63,515 bases of DNA from a virus (IMGVR_UViG_3300050343_000155:1-63515), one strand, 5' to 3'. Counted from the stretch's first letter, positions 10,674 to 19,348 are shown. Numbers and translations are program-made. Notes: generated by a model not told the origin, from the letters alone.

Positions 10674-11456
10674 TTATACTTCATAGTTTAGGTAGTCTGT
10701 TTGGGGGTTATAGTCTTGCTCCAGAAAGCTTGTGATACGCTTGAGTGCATCATGGAACTTCATCTCTCCTGTAAACAGGGTGGAGTCAGAGCATTTAACG
10801 AGGGCAGGAAGGTACGGGTAAGTCTTCTCTTGTACAACCCAATAGAAATCTTTTATACCAAACACCTCTGTGTAGATGTAAGCTTGGATGTCATATGAGA
10901 AGTCCTTGATAGCATACCGAAACTTCTCTGAGCTACGTGCTGACTTACTATCGCTAATGAATCCATCGCCTAAGCAGTCGAGAAATCCCTTCACTTGTAC
11001 GCCATGTAGTTCTTCGAGGAATCCTACCTGATAATCACCCTTGAGGTGAGAGTCAAGCAAACCACATGTAGCTAGTCTGTCGATCATGTCGTTAGCCATC
11101 TTCCACTCATCGTGTGATACGATTGACTTTCCATCCTCAGCTGCTTCCTCTTTGATTTCCTTAAGCTTAGCCTTGTATTCAGCAGTAAGTGTAGGTTTCT
11201 TGGAGGCTTGAGCTTTCTCTGATAACGTTGTTACGATAGCAGATGGGGACATGACCGTGTACTTCTCGAATGCTTTGTCTCGTTCGAACAGCAGCATATC
11301 GTACATAGTACCGAACTCTAGTGCGTCTGATTTGTATTTGACTTCTCCCTTCATGTAGCGATCGAACTGAGCCATATCGCCTAGGGCTTGCTTGAGAGAC
11401 GAGTACGACAAGTGAGACTTGCCGTACCGCTCCATTAATTTATCTGATATATTCAT
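10674..11456 (-). CDS. RecE/exonuclease VIII-like PD-(D/E)XK exonuclease
   Basis: LSYSSLK, ALEFGT, KGFLDC...ISDSKS, YDIQAYIY and VVQEKTYPY motifs. Confidence 0.8.
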   Translation of the reverse strand: MNISDKLMERYGKSHLSYSSLKQALGDMAQFDRYMKGEVKYKSDALEFGTMYDMLLFERDKAFEKYTVMSPSAIVTTLSEKAQASKKPTLTAEYKAKLKEIKEEAAEDGKSIVSHDEWKMANDMIDRLATCGLLDSHLKGDYQVGFLEELHGVQVKGFLDCLGDGFISDSKSARSSEKFRYAIKDFSYDIQAYIYTEVFGIKDFYWVVQEKTYPYLPALVKCSDSTLFTGEMKFHDALKRITSFLEQDYNPQTDYLNYEV

Positions 11457-11761
11457 TGGTCTTCGTATAATGGTGTGCCGTCTTCAAGCATGTACTCATA
11501 GGTTTCTATCTCAGCCCAGTGAGTGGGCTTGCCAGCAGTACACCAGAAGGTTTTACCCTTGCTGTTAATGTGATACTCTGCAATGTCCACATCACCGAGA
11601 AAGTCCTTATGCTTGATGAAGTAAAGCCCAGTACACATAGGCACTTCGGTGTCATTGTCTACCCAACGCTTGGGCATGTTAGAGTTCAGACACTGTGTTC
11701 GAAACCTATGGAACGTAGCTATGTTAGTTAGCTTGCGGTTCTGTACTGGATACTTGTTCAT
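11453..11761 (-). CDS. Hypothetical protein (PTHWA motif, DUF551-like)
   Basis: ORF with 4-nt overlaps on both sides. Confidence 0.55.
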   Translation of the reverse strand: MNKYPVQNRKLTNIATFHRFRTQCLNSNMPKRWVDNDTEVPMCTGLYFIKHKDFLGDVDIAEYHINSKGKTFWCTAGKPTHWAEIETYEYMLEDGTPLYEDQ

Positions 11762-12333
11762 CGTACAAACTTCTGTAAGCCAGACATTTGCTTATCGGTA
11801 AGGCTACCTCCGTACTTACCTACGATAGACTCATATGCTTTCTTCTTGTCGGTCTGCGACTTGATGTAAGCAACAGCCTTGTCCATGATGTTTTCAGGCG
11901 GGTCAGTATCAAACTTCTCCTGCACTTTCTTGATCATCTTATCAGCCTTGGTGGGTGCGGCAGGCGCAGCTGTGTCTTGCTTAGCTATAGCATCAGAAAC
12001 CTCGTTAGCCGAAGCGATTGATGTGTCAATACCAATACCGAGCATAGCCAATGCACGACCGATAGCTGATGTCTCGCAGTTCTCTACGTAGCTAGTCTTG
12101 TTGATGTTGCTACTGCCTTGCACTTCATGTGCATGACCTACTGATATGATGCGATTGTCAGCATCTACGATCGACGCCTTGCATACACATTGAGCTTCGT
12201 CTAGCACAGTAAACTCTGTGATAAGGCTCCAGTTCTTGTACTGCTCCTCCTGTCGGAAGAACTTGATTCGTTCGTTGACTTCAACGTACTGCTTGCCACG
12301 AATGTTCGTGGTCTTGAATTTGTAATTACTCAT
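11758..12333 (-). CDS. Putative ssDNA-annealing protein (Rad52/Sak-like recombinase)
   Basis: GKQYVEVNERI and ENCETSAIGRALAMLGIG motifs; clustered with the exonuclease and SSB. Confidence 0.6.
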   Translation of the reverse strand: MSNYKFKTTNIRGKQYVEVNERIKFFRQEEQYKNWSLITEFTVLDEAQCVCKASIVDADNRIISVGHAHEVQGSSNINKTSYVENCETSAIGRALAMLGIGIDTSIASANEVSDAIAKQDTAAPAAPTKADKMIKKVQEKFDTDPPENIMDKAVAYIKSQTDKKKAYESIVGKYGGSLTDKQMSGLQKFVR

Positions 12334-12698
12334 ACGAGTTCTTGTTTTAGATTTTCAGCTAGACCCTCTAGCCTTTTGATTTGGATTCTAATTGTTGTAA
12401 GCTTCTCTTCGATGCTGTTATATCGGAGATGTACATTGCATAGCCTTACAGCTAGCAGGTACTTGTCTTCATACCCATCCCATGAGAACAAGTTGGCTTC
12501 GTGATGACGAGAGTGGTGTACTACTGTGCTGTGGTCTCTGTCAAAGCTTTTGCCTGCTTCCGTCTTGGTCATGTGCTGAGCCATAGCAACCATCAGTGCG
12601 GCTCGTGCCTGAACTTGTGGTGCCTTTCTAGATGTGTTGGGGGTGAGGTCGAGGGTAGCATAGTACTCCTCTTGTAGCCTTTTGATGTCATCATTCAT
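12330..12698 (-). CDS. DnaA C-terminal-like HTH DNA-binding protein
   Basis: AGKSFDRDHSTVVH matches the DnaA domain IV signature GxxFxRDHsTVxH. Confidence 0.7.
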   Translation of the reverse strand: MNDDIKRLQEEYYATLDLTPNTSRKAPQVQARAALMVAMAQHMTKTEAGKSFDRDHSTVVHHSRHHEANLFSWDGYEDKYLLAVRLCNVHLRYNSIEEKLTTIRIQIKRLEGLAENLKQELV

Positions 12699-12740
12699 TG
12701 GATTTGCTGGTTCAAATTTAAAGTTTAATTGTTATTAATG

Positions 12741-12844
12741 CAAGGAAAGGAGAGACTTTGTTTCTCAACGCTCTCAATGTTGTGCTGTCTCCAGCACACG
12801 GCGCGTTACAGGATCTCCCTGCACACCATCCGTCTCTCCCCTTG
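12741..12844 (-). ncRNA. Candidate structured RNA (multibranch, GAGA loops)
   Basis: Closing stem GGAGAGAC/GTCTCTCC, inner GTGCTG-GAGA-CAGCAC, CAGG/CCTG and AACGC/GCGTT. Confidence 0.45.
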
Positions 12845-13159
12845 TCAGCGTTCTGACAATGCTATGTCGTAACTGCTGAGTGTTTCGTAAAATTTAACGT
12901 AGTGATACATAGACCTTGACACCTCTGTGAGGCTTTTAGCTACGCGCTCCACGGATATGCTGTCTTCTTTGAGTAAGTCTTCGACTAAACTATCCGCGAT
13001 ATCAGGGAACTGAGGTAGATACTCTGATACATCTTTGCTTAGCCATACGTCAATGTCTGCCTCAAGTATATCGTCGCAAGCATACATAGCTGCTAGACGT
13101 TCTGCATTAGACGGGTCTTTGTTTTCCAATACGATTTGAATTGCTTGTTGGTTAGTCAT
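12845..13159 (-). CDS. Hypothetical protein
   Basis: 104-aa ORF in the early/middle arm. Confidence 0.6.
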   Translation of the reverse strand: MTNQQAIQIVLENKDPSNAERLAAMYACDDILEADIDVWLSKDVSEYLPQFPDIADSLVEDLLKEDSISVERVAKSLTEVSRSMYHYVKFYETLSSYDIALSER

Positions 13160-13272
13160 ATGTAATATTTAATACCTGCTGTATGTTGATGCCTGTCTTC
13201 TCAGCGTATGAACCAGACGGGGTGTAGTATGTCTTGCCGTCTCGCTCATAGCTCCAGAGCTGTTGTGTAATT

Positions 13273-13455
13273 TCAGAATCCGTATTCCATCCCATCTTCG
13301 TATAGCTTTTTAAGTTTAATGTCTAGTGTTCCGTCGTAGTAGTCAGCTTCGGGGGATCTCATCACCTCCATGAATTCCATGAACAGCTTACGCCCATCGT
13401 TCTTCGTGTGTTCAGCTGACTGATTTGTATATATTGATATCCTTGGCTCGCTCAT
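13273..13455 (-). CDS. Hypothetical protein
   Basis: 60-aa ORF co-oriented with its neighbours. Confidence 0.5.
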   Translation of the reverse strand: MSEPRISIYTNQSAEHTKNDGRKLFMEFMEVMRSPEADYYDGTLDIKLKKLYEDGMEYGF

Positions 13456-13491
13456 TTGTTTCCGTTTTTAAAGAACCATCCAAACTTGTTA

Positions 13492-13926
13492 TTAAACCAA
13501 GTCGGAAGTTCCACACTCATAAGCGTCACCAACCACCCATAGAGTCCTGTCATTTGTAAATAGTATTTCGTATTCGTTACCGCTAACGATGTTGTTGTAT
13601 CCGTCAGTCCAGTTAGGACTTTGACGCGGGTTGAACTTGATTCGGTAGTCTTGTTGGTTTGGCTTGAGCCGATTGACCTCCAATACTTGGACAGCCTCGC
13701 ACTCTATCCATGCACACACAGTCTTGTTAGCACCGTCGTGAATCTTCTTAGCCGCTGTTGGTTGTACGCTTAGCTTACAGCCTAGCATAGCTAGCTGATT
13801 GTCTTGTGGGTCTACGTAGCTCACCACTTCTTTAGCACCAGTACCATCGCCTGTATTTAGCTTGGATTTGATTTGCCAGTGCATGAAATGTTCGCCTCGT
13901 CCGAGGTGGAATCTAACTTTGTACAT
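13492..13926 (-). CDS. Hypothetical protein
   Basis: 144-aa ORF preceded by the AAAATCTC leader motif. Confidence 0.65.
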   Translation of the reverse strand: MYKVRFHLGRGEHFMHWQIKSKLNTGDGTGAKEVVSYVDPQDNQLAMLGCKLSVQPTAAKKIHDGANKTVCAWIECEAVQVLEVNRLKPNQQDYRIKFNPRQSPNWTDGYNNIVSGNEYEILFTNDRTLWVVGDAYECGTSDLV

Positions 13927-14029
13927 GAGATTTTTGATTTATAGTTTTCGTTTACTTGATTGAATGTGTACTCCGCCCACTCATTGAAGTCCTGTGTTGG
14001 GTTGACGTGTACACTTGATCGGACACACA

Positions 14030-14206
14030 CTAGCGTCTGCCCCATTGTTTATCTTTTGGTTCTTCATCGAAGACCACCATGCTTCTGTCGTCAGACGGTG
14101 TGTTCTTAACGATAGTCTGTGCTTGCTCTCGTGTGAGTCCATCCATTAGGACTTCTGGTCGCTTCTCCCAGTCACGGAAGACGCGGTATACTGCGTAGTT
14201 ACTCAT
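14030..14206 (-). CDS. Small hypothetical protein missed by the ORF track (MSNYAVYRVFRDWEKRPEV...)
   Basis: 58-aa ORF translated by hand; it fills the gap and overlaps the upstream stop codon. Confidence 0.5.
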   Translation of the reverse strand: MSNYAVYRVFRDWEKRPEVLMDGLTREQAQTIVKNTPSDDRSMVVFDEEPKDKQWGRR

Positions 14207-14441
14207 TGTCGTTTAGTTTAAGTTCGCCCTCGTCGAGCATGTAGTCAATTGTTATTACGATAGATTCGTGGATTGCATTCATTACCATCTCGTTGTCCTG
14301 AAAGGATGCCTTCAGTATTCGCTCAAGGTCTTCCCTGCTTGACGCATATTTACCTCGCTCAAAAAGGATTCGTGTTATATCCTCCACACCCCACTGTACT
14401 TCAGTGCCAGTGTAGATGCCGTCTTCGTTTATGTCAGTCAT
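14199..14441 (-). CDS. Hypothetical acidic protein
   Basis: ORF in the tightly packed early operon. Confidence 0.6.
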   Translation of the reverse strand: MTDINEDGIYTGTEVQWGVEDITRILFERGKYASSREDLERILKASFQDNEMVMNAIHESIVITIDYMLDEGELKLNDNE

Positions 14442-14829
14442 TTGTTTCGGTGTTTTGTTCGAGGAAAGCCTCGAAGATTTGTCGTGCCTTGTGCTTGGAG
14501 TACGTGTCCTGCTGTGTCATAGTGCCTGTCCTCTGTGGGGTAGGTAAGTCTTCAATCCTGAAGTTGTCAGTTACATATCCTGATGCTCCATCACGGATAC
14601 AGAAAGCTATGTTTCGTATGTGTTCTTCTTTGCGTTCGTGTGTCATTGTGTTTTGTTTATCGCTTTCAAGTGCTTCTGTTTCATCCCAACGTCGAGTGAT
14701 CTCGATAGGTACGTGGTAGTATGTATCGGTAACGGGGTCAAGCCACGTCTCTAGTTCACCTGCATATGTTTCCTCTACGTATTCGAGGCGGTTAATGATT
14801 TCTTTTTTCATGTGGTATTTCTTGTTCAT
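14434..14829 (-). CDS. Hypothetical protein
   Basis: ORF in the early operon. Confidence 0.55.
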   Translation of the reverse strand: MNKKYHMKKEIINRLEYVEETYAGELETWLDPVTDTYYHVPIEITRRWDETEALESDKQNTMTHERKEEHIRNIAFCIRDGASGYVTDNFRIEDLPTPQRTGTMTQQDTYSKHKARQIFEAFLEQNTETND

Positions 14830-15132
14830 AGTACTTTACTTACGAGAAGAACGATATCGTCTTCTATTTCTTCGTCATTTTCTTCGCGGCAATCGCCACA
14901 TATATCGCAGAAGTCGTGCTCTTCCTCAGTCATTTGCTTATCGCAAAACTCGCAGTTGTATTCCTCGTTCATCGTTTGTTTGTATTATATTGTTCTACTA
15001 CTTCATTGATAAGCTTTTCTGCCCATAACACGTACTCAGTGTCTTGGGATGAGCCGTCGACTTGAAACCCGCACTTGTTTAGGATGTTGCACATACTTTC
15101 TAGCGCATACATTCGTTCTGATATTTCCTCGT

Positions 15133-15645
15133 TCATAGTGTGTCTGATTTAGGGATTCGAAAGAAGTGGATGCACACATCGTCTGCATCAAGCATGGCTT
15201 CACCTCGGTAGTAGATACCACCAACAAAGTCAGCCCACTCATCCATCGGCATCGACTCAGTAGTTCCATGCAGGGCATCGGTAGCTTCCTTGATACACCC
15301 CATGTCTGTGGGTAGGTACTCACCATCGTACATTACCTCGCAGTCCATCTGATTCCACATCAACCACTCTCGTGTGTACCTTGATTTTGGCTCTGTATCC
15401 CATAGTGGGTTGACCTCAATTATCTTGAGTATCTCATGTTCACTCTCTAGGTCATTCATTACGATGATGTCCTGTGTGCCGTCTGTATGGGTGATTATCT
15501 CTTCGTGTTCTTCCTTCATCAGGAGGGCAAGAAGCCTAGCCTTGTGTTCCTTGGCTTGTTCAAGTGTCTTAAAGAACTGAACCGTGGTATCGGAGTAGCC
15601 CTCGGCTAGTCCACATACTCCATGTAGGGATGCATATAATTTCAT
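15133..15645 (-). CDS. Hypothetical acidic early protein
   Basis: Start reassigned to MKLYASL, downstream of the promoter and the CAAAATCTCAA leader. Confidence 0.6.
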   Translation of the reverse strand: MKLYASLHGVCGLAEGYSDTTVQFFKTLEQAKEHKARLLALLMKEEHEEIITHTDGTQDIIVMNDLESEHEILKIIEVNPLWDTEPKSRYTREWLMWNQMDCEVMYDGEYLPTDMGCIKEATDALHGTTESMPMDEWADFVGGIYYRGEAMLDADDVCIHFFRIPKSDTL

Positions 15646-15680
15646 TAGATTGAGATTTTGATTTGGCAACATTGCCGCTA

Positions 15681-15712
15681 CAAAGATAAGACTTAGTTTT
15701 CAGAATTCCAAA
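15681..15712 (-). promoter_or_regulatory. Bacteroidota sigma70 promoter (early)
   Basis: Minus strand TTTG-20 nt-TATCTTTG. Confidence 0.75.
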
Positions 15713-15962
15713 TTTCATCTGTAACTAACTGAAAATCAATGTATTTGAATAGTAGTTCGCTTGCTTCTTTTAATTCCTTTCGCAGTTCAGGTGAGTCATT
15801 CTCCATGACCACGGGACAGATTGAATCAAACTTAAGCTTCTCCGCTTGTCGCATGAGTTCCTCCGTTGAGTGTGCGTCGATGTGATCGAGTATCGCCTGA
15901 GGCAATTCATGCCCGATGTGTTGTTCAAAGTTTGTCATTTCTCGCTGTGGTTTATAGCGCAT
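15693..15962 (-). CDS. Hypothetical protein
   Basis: ORF in the early operon. Confidence 0.5.
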   Translation of the reverse strand: MRYKPQREMTNFEQHIGHELPQAILDHIDAHSTEELMRQAEKLKFDSICPVVMENDSPELRKELKEASELLFKYIDFQLVTDEIWNSEN

Positions 15963-16141
15963 AAGCGCAGTTCATGCATTTCTTGTTCTGTATTAGCTTT
16001 GAAGTCAAAGCGTTTCCATGATACTCCGTCGAATGTAAAGTCATATAGGTCTTCGTGGAGCGTGGTGTCATGCACCTCGATTACTACGAGTGCATCATCG
16101 GGGTAGTCTGACATGAAGTCAATCAATTCTTTCTTTGTCAT
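15935..16141 (-). CDS. Hypothetical protein
   Basis: MTKKELIDFMSDYPDDALVVI N-terminus, common in small phage proteins. Confidence 0.6.
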   Translation of the reverse strand: MTKKELIDFMSDYPDDALVVIEVHDTTLHEDLYDFTFDGVSWKRFDFKANTEQEMHELRLCAINHSEK

Positions 16142-16463
16142 AGTCGTGGTAAAAAGTGTTCGTCGTCTCGTAGCATACCGAACACATCATGTACGATATC
16201 CTGTGCATTGATAAGATTGTTGTCTTGCGTCATCATTTGGATGCGCTCTGCCCAATCAGCCACGGCAGTGAAGGTTTGCTCAGTCATTTTTAAATTAATC
16301 ATTGTCTTGGTTTTCTATTAATTGATTTAGCTTACTGTAAATAGTGTTTCCAATTCCATCTAAAAATTCTTCTTTGGATAATTTGTTATACCATTTGCTT
16401 GTGTATTCATTTGCCTCATGCTCTACCCATGATGCAATGTCATCTTTGTGTATGTATACTTCT

Positions 16464-16784
16464 TTATTCATTGTCTTGGTTTTCTATTCGTCCAATAAAC
16501 TCGTCGTGGATTGTGAAGATGGCGTCCTTGATTTTACCCTTGCCGCCCTTGAGTCCGAAGTACTTCTTCACGTCACCTATCTTCCAGTGTCGGTTGGGCT
16601 TCATGTCATGGTCTGCATACAACCTGATGTCGCGCTTGGTGAGCATGAGATTGTATAGGCATCGTGGTACGTCTCTTCCGTTGATGTTCATCGTCGGTCG
16701 GTCTTCGTCGTGCAACTCCACCCAGAATGGGGCGTTTGCATCTACCTTCTGCATGAAGGCTAGGGCTTGTTTATCTGTCATCAT
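16464..16784 (-). CDS. Hypothetical protein
   Basis: 106-aa ORF with a 4-nt overlap with the upstream gene. Confidence 0.6.
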   Translation of the reverse strand: MMTDKQALAFMQKVDANAPFWVELHDEDRPTMNINGRDVPRCLYNLMLTKRDIRLYADHDMKPNRHWKIGDVKKYFGLKGGKGKIKDAIFTIHDEFIGRIENQDNE

Positions 16785-16987
16785 CGTAATTCTGTTTTTA
16801 ATTCGTTTTGGAGATACTCTTCAATCTCCATGTACTCTGTCTGCTCTCCCTTGCACCATTCTGATTGCTCGAATACAGCGTGGTGTATGAAGGAGGCGTC
16901 CCATATCTCGTCGTATGAGAGGTCATCGAACAGCGTAGTAGCCGCTTCGATTAGCTGAGAAATCAGGAATATGGGGTATGTCATCAT
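16781..16987 (-). CDS. Hypothetical acidic protein
   Basis: ORF following the CAAAATCTCAA leader. Confidence 0.55.
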   Translation of the reverse strand: MMTYPIFLISQLIEAATTLFDDLSYDEIWDASFIHHAVFEQSEWCKGEQTEYMEIEEYLQNELKTELR

Positions 16988-17041
16988 TGTGTTATGTGTT
17001 TGAGATTTTGAATTAATAAGATTGGCTTTGTTTATCCCTTC

Positions 17042-17110
17042 TATCCACGCTTTCGCGCTCAGTGGTTCAGGTATAACTTAGCTGACCTACCTGATTTAGT
17101 GGTCAGTACC
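17042..17110 (-). ncRNA. H-type pseudoknot plus GAAA hairpin
   Basis: Minus strand CTGACC/GGTCAG stem; its loop TCAGGTA pairs with downstream TACCTGA; then CCA..CGC-GAAA-GCG-TGG. Confidence 0.5.
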
Positions 17111-17111
17111 A

Positions 17112-17276
17112 TTGTAGCGATAGTGGGGATTGAACCCACCTTCAACCGTGTCCGCCCCTCTGCCGAGGTTATCGAAGGCTGTCTCTGAATTTTAAAGGTA
17201 AGCTAAGCCCACCAAGACCTTCGAAGCGAATCGTTGCCGATGCCATCCCCTGTATTCATGCAGGGTCATTATCGCT
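17112..17276 (-). ncRNA. tRNA-like RNA (acceptor stem and T-arm, ~135-nt structured interior)
   Basis: 5' AGCGATA pairs with 3' TATCGCT-A-CAA; T-arm GTGGG-TTCAATC-CCCAC; inner stems CCCTG/CAGGG, ATCG-GCAA-CGAT, TCGAAGG/CCTTCGA and CCTC-GGCA-GAGG. Confidence 0.7.
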
Positions 17277-17488
17277 ATGTTGCGGGGAGGGTGTACATCT
17301 CAACCTGCACACCCCCACCTACCTTGATTCGTTGTACCCACAAGGTATCGGGCAACCCTACTTGTAAACTTGGCTACATCTCAGCAAGGTGATTGATGTA
17401 GTTGCTTGTATGTAATGAGCCGTAGACACGCCATATAGCCTACGTTTGCAGTGGTTGGTTTCGCCTAACTCACACTCATTGGGATTCG

Positions 17489-17881
17489 TTATGACAGGAA
17501 GTCAGTGATGCTGTCCTGTGCATTCTCGATGCGCTCCTCTTGCATATCATGAGCAGCCCGCATCTTTTTTGAAAACCACAACTTGAACTCCATCATATCC
17601 TCACCATGACAACCCCATGAGCCATTCTTGATGACGCTTCTGCGGTGTCCGTTTTGATCGTACATGACGAGGAAGGCATATATATATGGAGCGGCTCTTG
17701 CAAAGCCATCTTCGATTCGATACTCGATAGCTATCTTGACTTGCCTCTTTCCGAACTCATTGCGGTGAGGTAGTAAGGTGCTTGTGAGTATGGACTTGTG
17801 ATTGTCGGGGTTGATTCCGACTACTTCTAGTCTGTCCCATGCACCTAGCAAGTGGGTCAATGTGTTGTGTGTACATTTCAT
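17489..17881 (-). CDS. Hypothetical early protein
   Basis: Start reassigned to MKCTHN, downstream of the promoter and leader motif. Confidence 0.6.
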   Translation of the reverse strand: MKCTHNTLTHLLGAWDRLEVVGINPDNHKSILTSTLLPHRNEFGKRQVKIAIEYRIEDGFARAAPYIYAFLVMYDQNGHRRSVIKNGSWGCHGEDMMEFKLWFSKKMRAAHDMQEERIENAQDSITDFLS

Positions 17882-17917
17882 GTAATTGAGATTTTGATTT
17901 TGACGTTGTTGTCGATA

Positions 17918-17949
17918 CAAAGATAAGGGACAGAATCCATTAATCCAAA
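17918..17949 (-). promoter_or_regulatory. Bacteroidota sigma70 promoter (early)
   Basis: Minus strand TTTG-20 nt-TATCTTTG. Confidence 0.75.
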
Positions 17950-17957
17950 TTTATTTT

Positions 17958-18218
17958 CTAAGCCGCTGATTCTGAAGGGATTACAACCACTCCATCAACT
18001 TGGTCTGAGTAACACCAGTGTCCGTTGTTCAGGGTCAGTACGTAATGCTCATCCAAGTTCACGCTCTCCACCTCATCCCCGTATTTCTCGCGAGGGTATT
18101 CCGTGCGCTCTACGCCTGTTACTACTGCAATTTTCTGTGGGTCAGAGCCGAAGCCCCCACGATACACTACCTGTGTACCCTTGCGAATTATCCGCTTGTT
18201 CATAAACTTTGTTTTCAT
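17958..18218 (-). CDS. Hypothetical protein (small beta-barrel/SH3-like)
   Basis: RKGTQVVYRGGFG...LNNGHWCY. Confidence 0.55.
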   Translation of the reverse strand: MKTKFMNKRIIRKGTQVVYRGGFGSDPQKIAVVTGVERTEYPREKYGDEVESVNLDEHYVLTLNNGHWCYSDQVDGVVVIPSESAA

Positions 18219-18544
18219 TGTTCTATTTTTTTACCTGTTTTCGTATTCACCCATCCAACACCCTCGACCCACTCCTCATCTGCATACAAGATTTGCTCTA
18301 ACTCGTCGATAGTCATCTCGTAGAACTGCTCTTTTGTCATGTTCATTTCATCCCCGTAGGTCTTATACATCGTATCCCATATACTCATTGCGACATCATT
18401 AAAAATGGATTCAAAAATTTGTTTGGTTTAGGTCGCTCCTCTACGGGATCGACGGGTATCTCGCCCCTCATTTGCGCAGTGAAGCGATTGAGGACAGCTT
18501 CTAGGAATACAGAGTATTCAGCGTCTGTCATGTCGTGCTTGTAT

Positions 18545-18820
18545 TCAGGCTTCTTCATGAGATAATAAAATTGATTTGATTTTAGGACTCATCCTGTCGA
18601 GCATGGACTCAGCCACGCTGGTTTCAGCGTCATCCAAGTCTTCGAGGTATCCGAGTTGGTCAACCTCTCCATCATCGCCCACCTCAGGTTCAAAGTAAGC
18701 CGCTTCGTAAACCGCCTCATCAAAGGCATCACGTAACTCGTCATTTCCTACAGGTCTGCCTGCTTCCTTGTATGAGCATAGCATATAGAACTTCTTTTCT
18801 TCAGGCTTCTGCATTGTCAT
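18545..18820 (-). CDS. Hypothetical acidic protein
   Basis: D/E-rich 91-aa ORF. Confidence 0.55.
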   Translation of the reverse strand: MTMQKPEEKKFYMLCSYKEAGRPVGNDELRDAFDEAVYEAAYFEPEVGDDGEVDQLGYLEDLDDAETSVAESMLDRMSPKIKSILLSHEEA

Positions 18821-19232
18821 TATCTTTTTCTATGAAAACACTTTTGCTTGCCTCTACATCGTAGTAGGCATCTTCGTTGCGCTCCTTGCATAATGCATAG
18901 GCAGAACGAGAGTGAGTAACCTTTTCCGATACGTCGAAGACGATACATTCCTTGTCAATCCAAGTGCCTACGGCATATGAGACTCCGCTAAGTTTGGATT
19001 CCTTGAGTAGCTTGCGCACCTCGGTCGCATACTTGAGCCAGATGGTGTGGAACGTGTTGGCATCGCAGATATCCAAAGGGATTTTGGTTTCTCCTGACAG
19101 ACCGCCTACCATGAAGCCCCTATAAGGTACTTCAAAGTCGTATCCGTCTGATGTGATTAGGGATGAGCCACCATCCATGAGGGTTCTGCCATAAGCAAGG
19201 CGAACAGCGTGTGTTGAGAACATTGTATTCAT
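18801..19232 (-). CDS. Hypothetical early protein
   Basis: Start reassigned to MNTMFST, downstream of the tRNA-like element. Confidence 0.6.
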   Translation of the reverse strand: MNTMFSTHAVRLAYGRTLMDGGSSLITSDGYDFEVPYRGFMVGGLSGETKIPLDICDANTFHTIWLKYATEVRKLLKESKLSGVSYAVGTWIDKECIVFDVSEKVTHSRSAYALCKERNEDAYYDVEASKSVFIEKDNDNAEA

Positions 19233-19254
19233 ATTGAATAGATTAAAAAAATTA

Positions 19255-19336
19255 GAGCGGCTCAGGGACTCGAACCCTGCGACACTGACCTCCATCCCTG
19301 TTCCCCTCGCGATGGGTACTTAGGTAGGTAGCCGCT
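19255..19336 (-). ncRNA. tRNA-like element (acceptor stem and T-arm, no canonical D or anticodon arm)
   Basis: Perfect 7-bp AGCGGCT/AGCCGCT stem; T-arm CAGGG-TTCGAGT-CCCTG; interior ACCT/AGGT and CCATC/GATGG. Confidence 0.7.
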
Positions 19337-19348
19337 GATAGTGATAAG

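Noticed and set aside
17042-17110. Theta/HDV-like or pistol ribozyme
   Set aside because: The P1 loop is too short to hold the HDV P2/P3 elements, and the pistol P2/P3 and conserved linkers were not found.
17112-17276. tmRNA or canonical tRNA
   Set aside because: Too short for tmRNA, with no alanine identity elements; no D-arm or 7-nt anticodon loop found.
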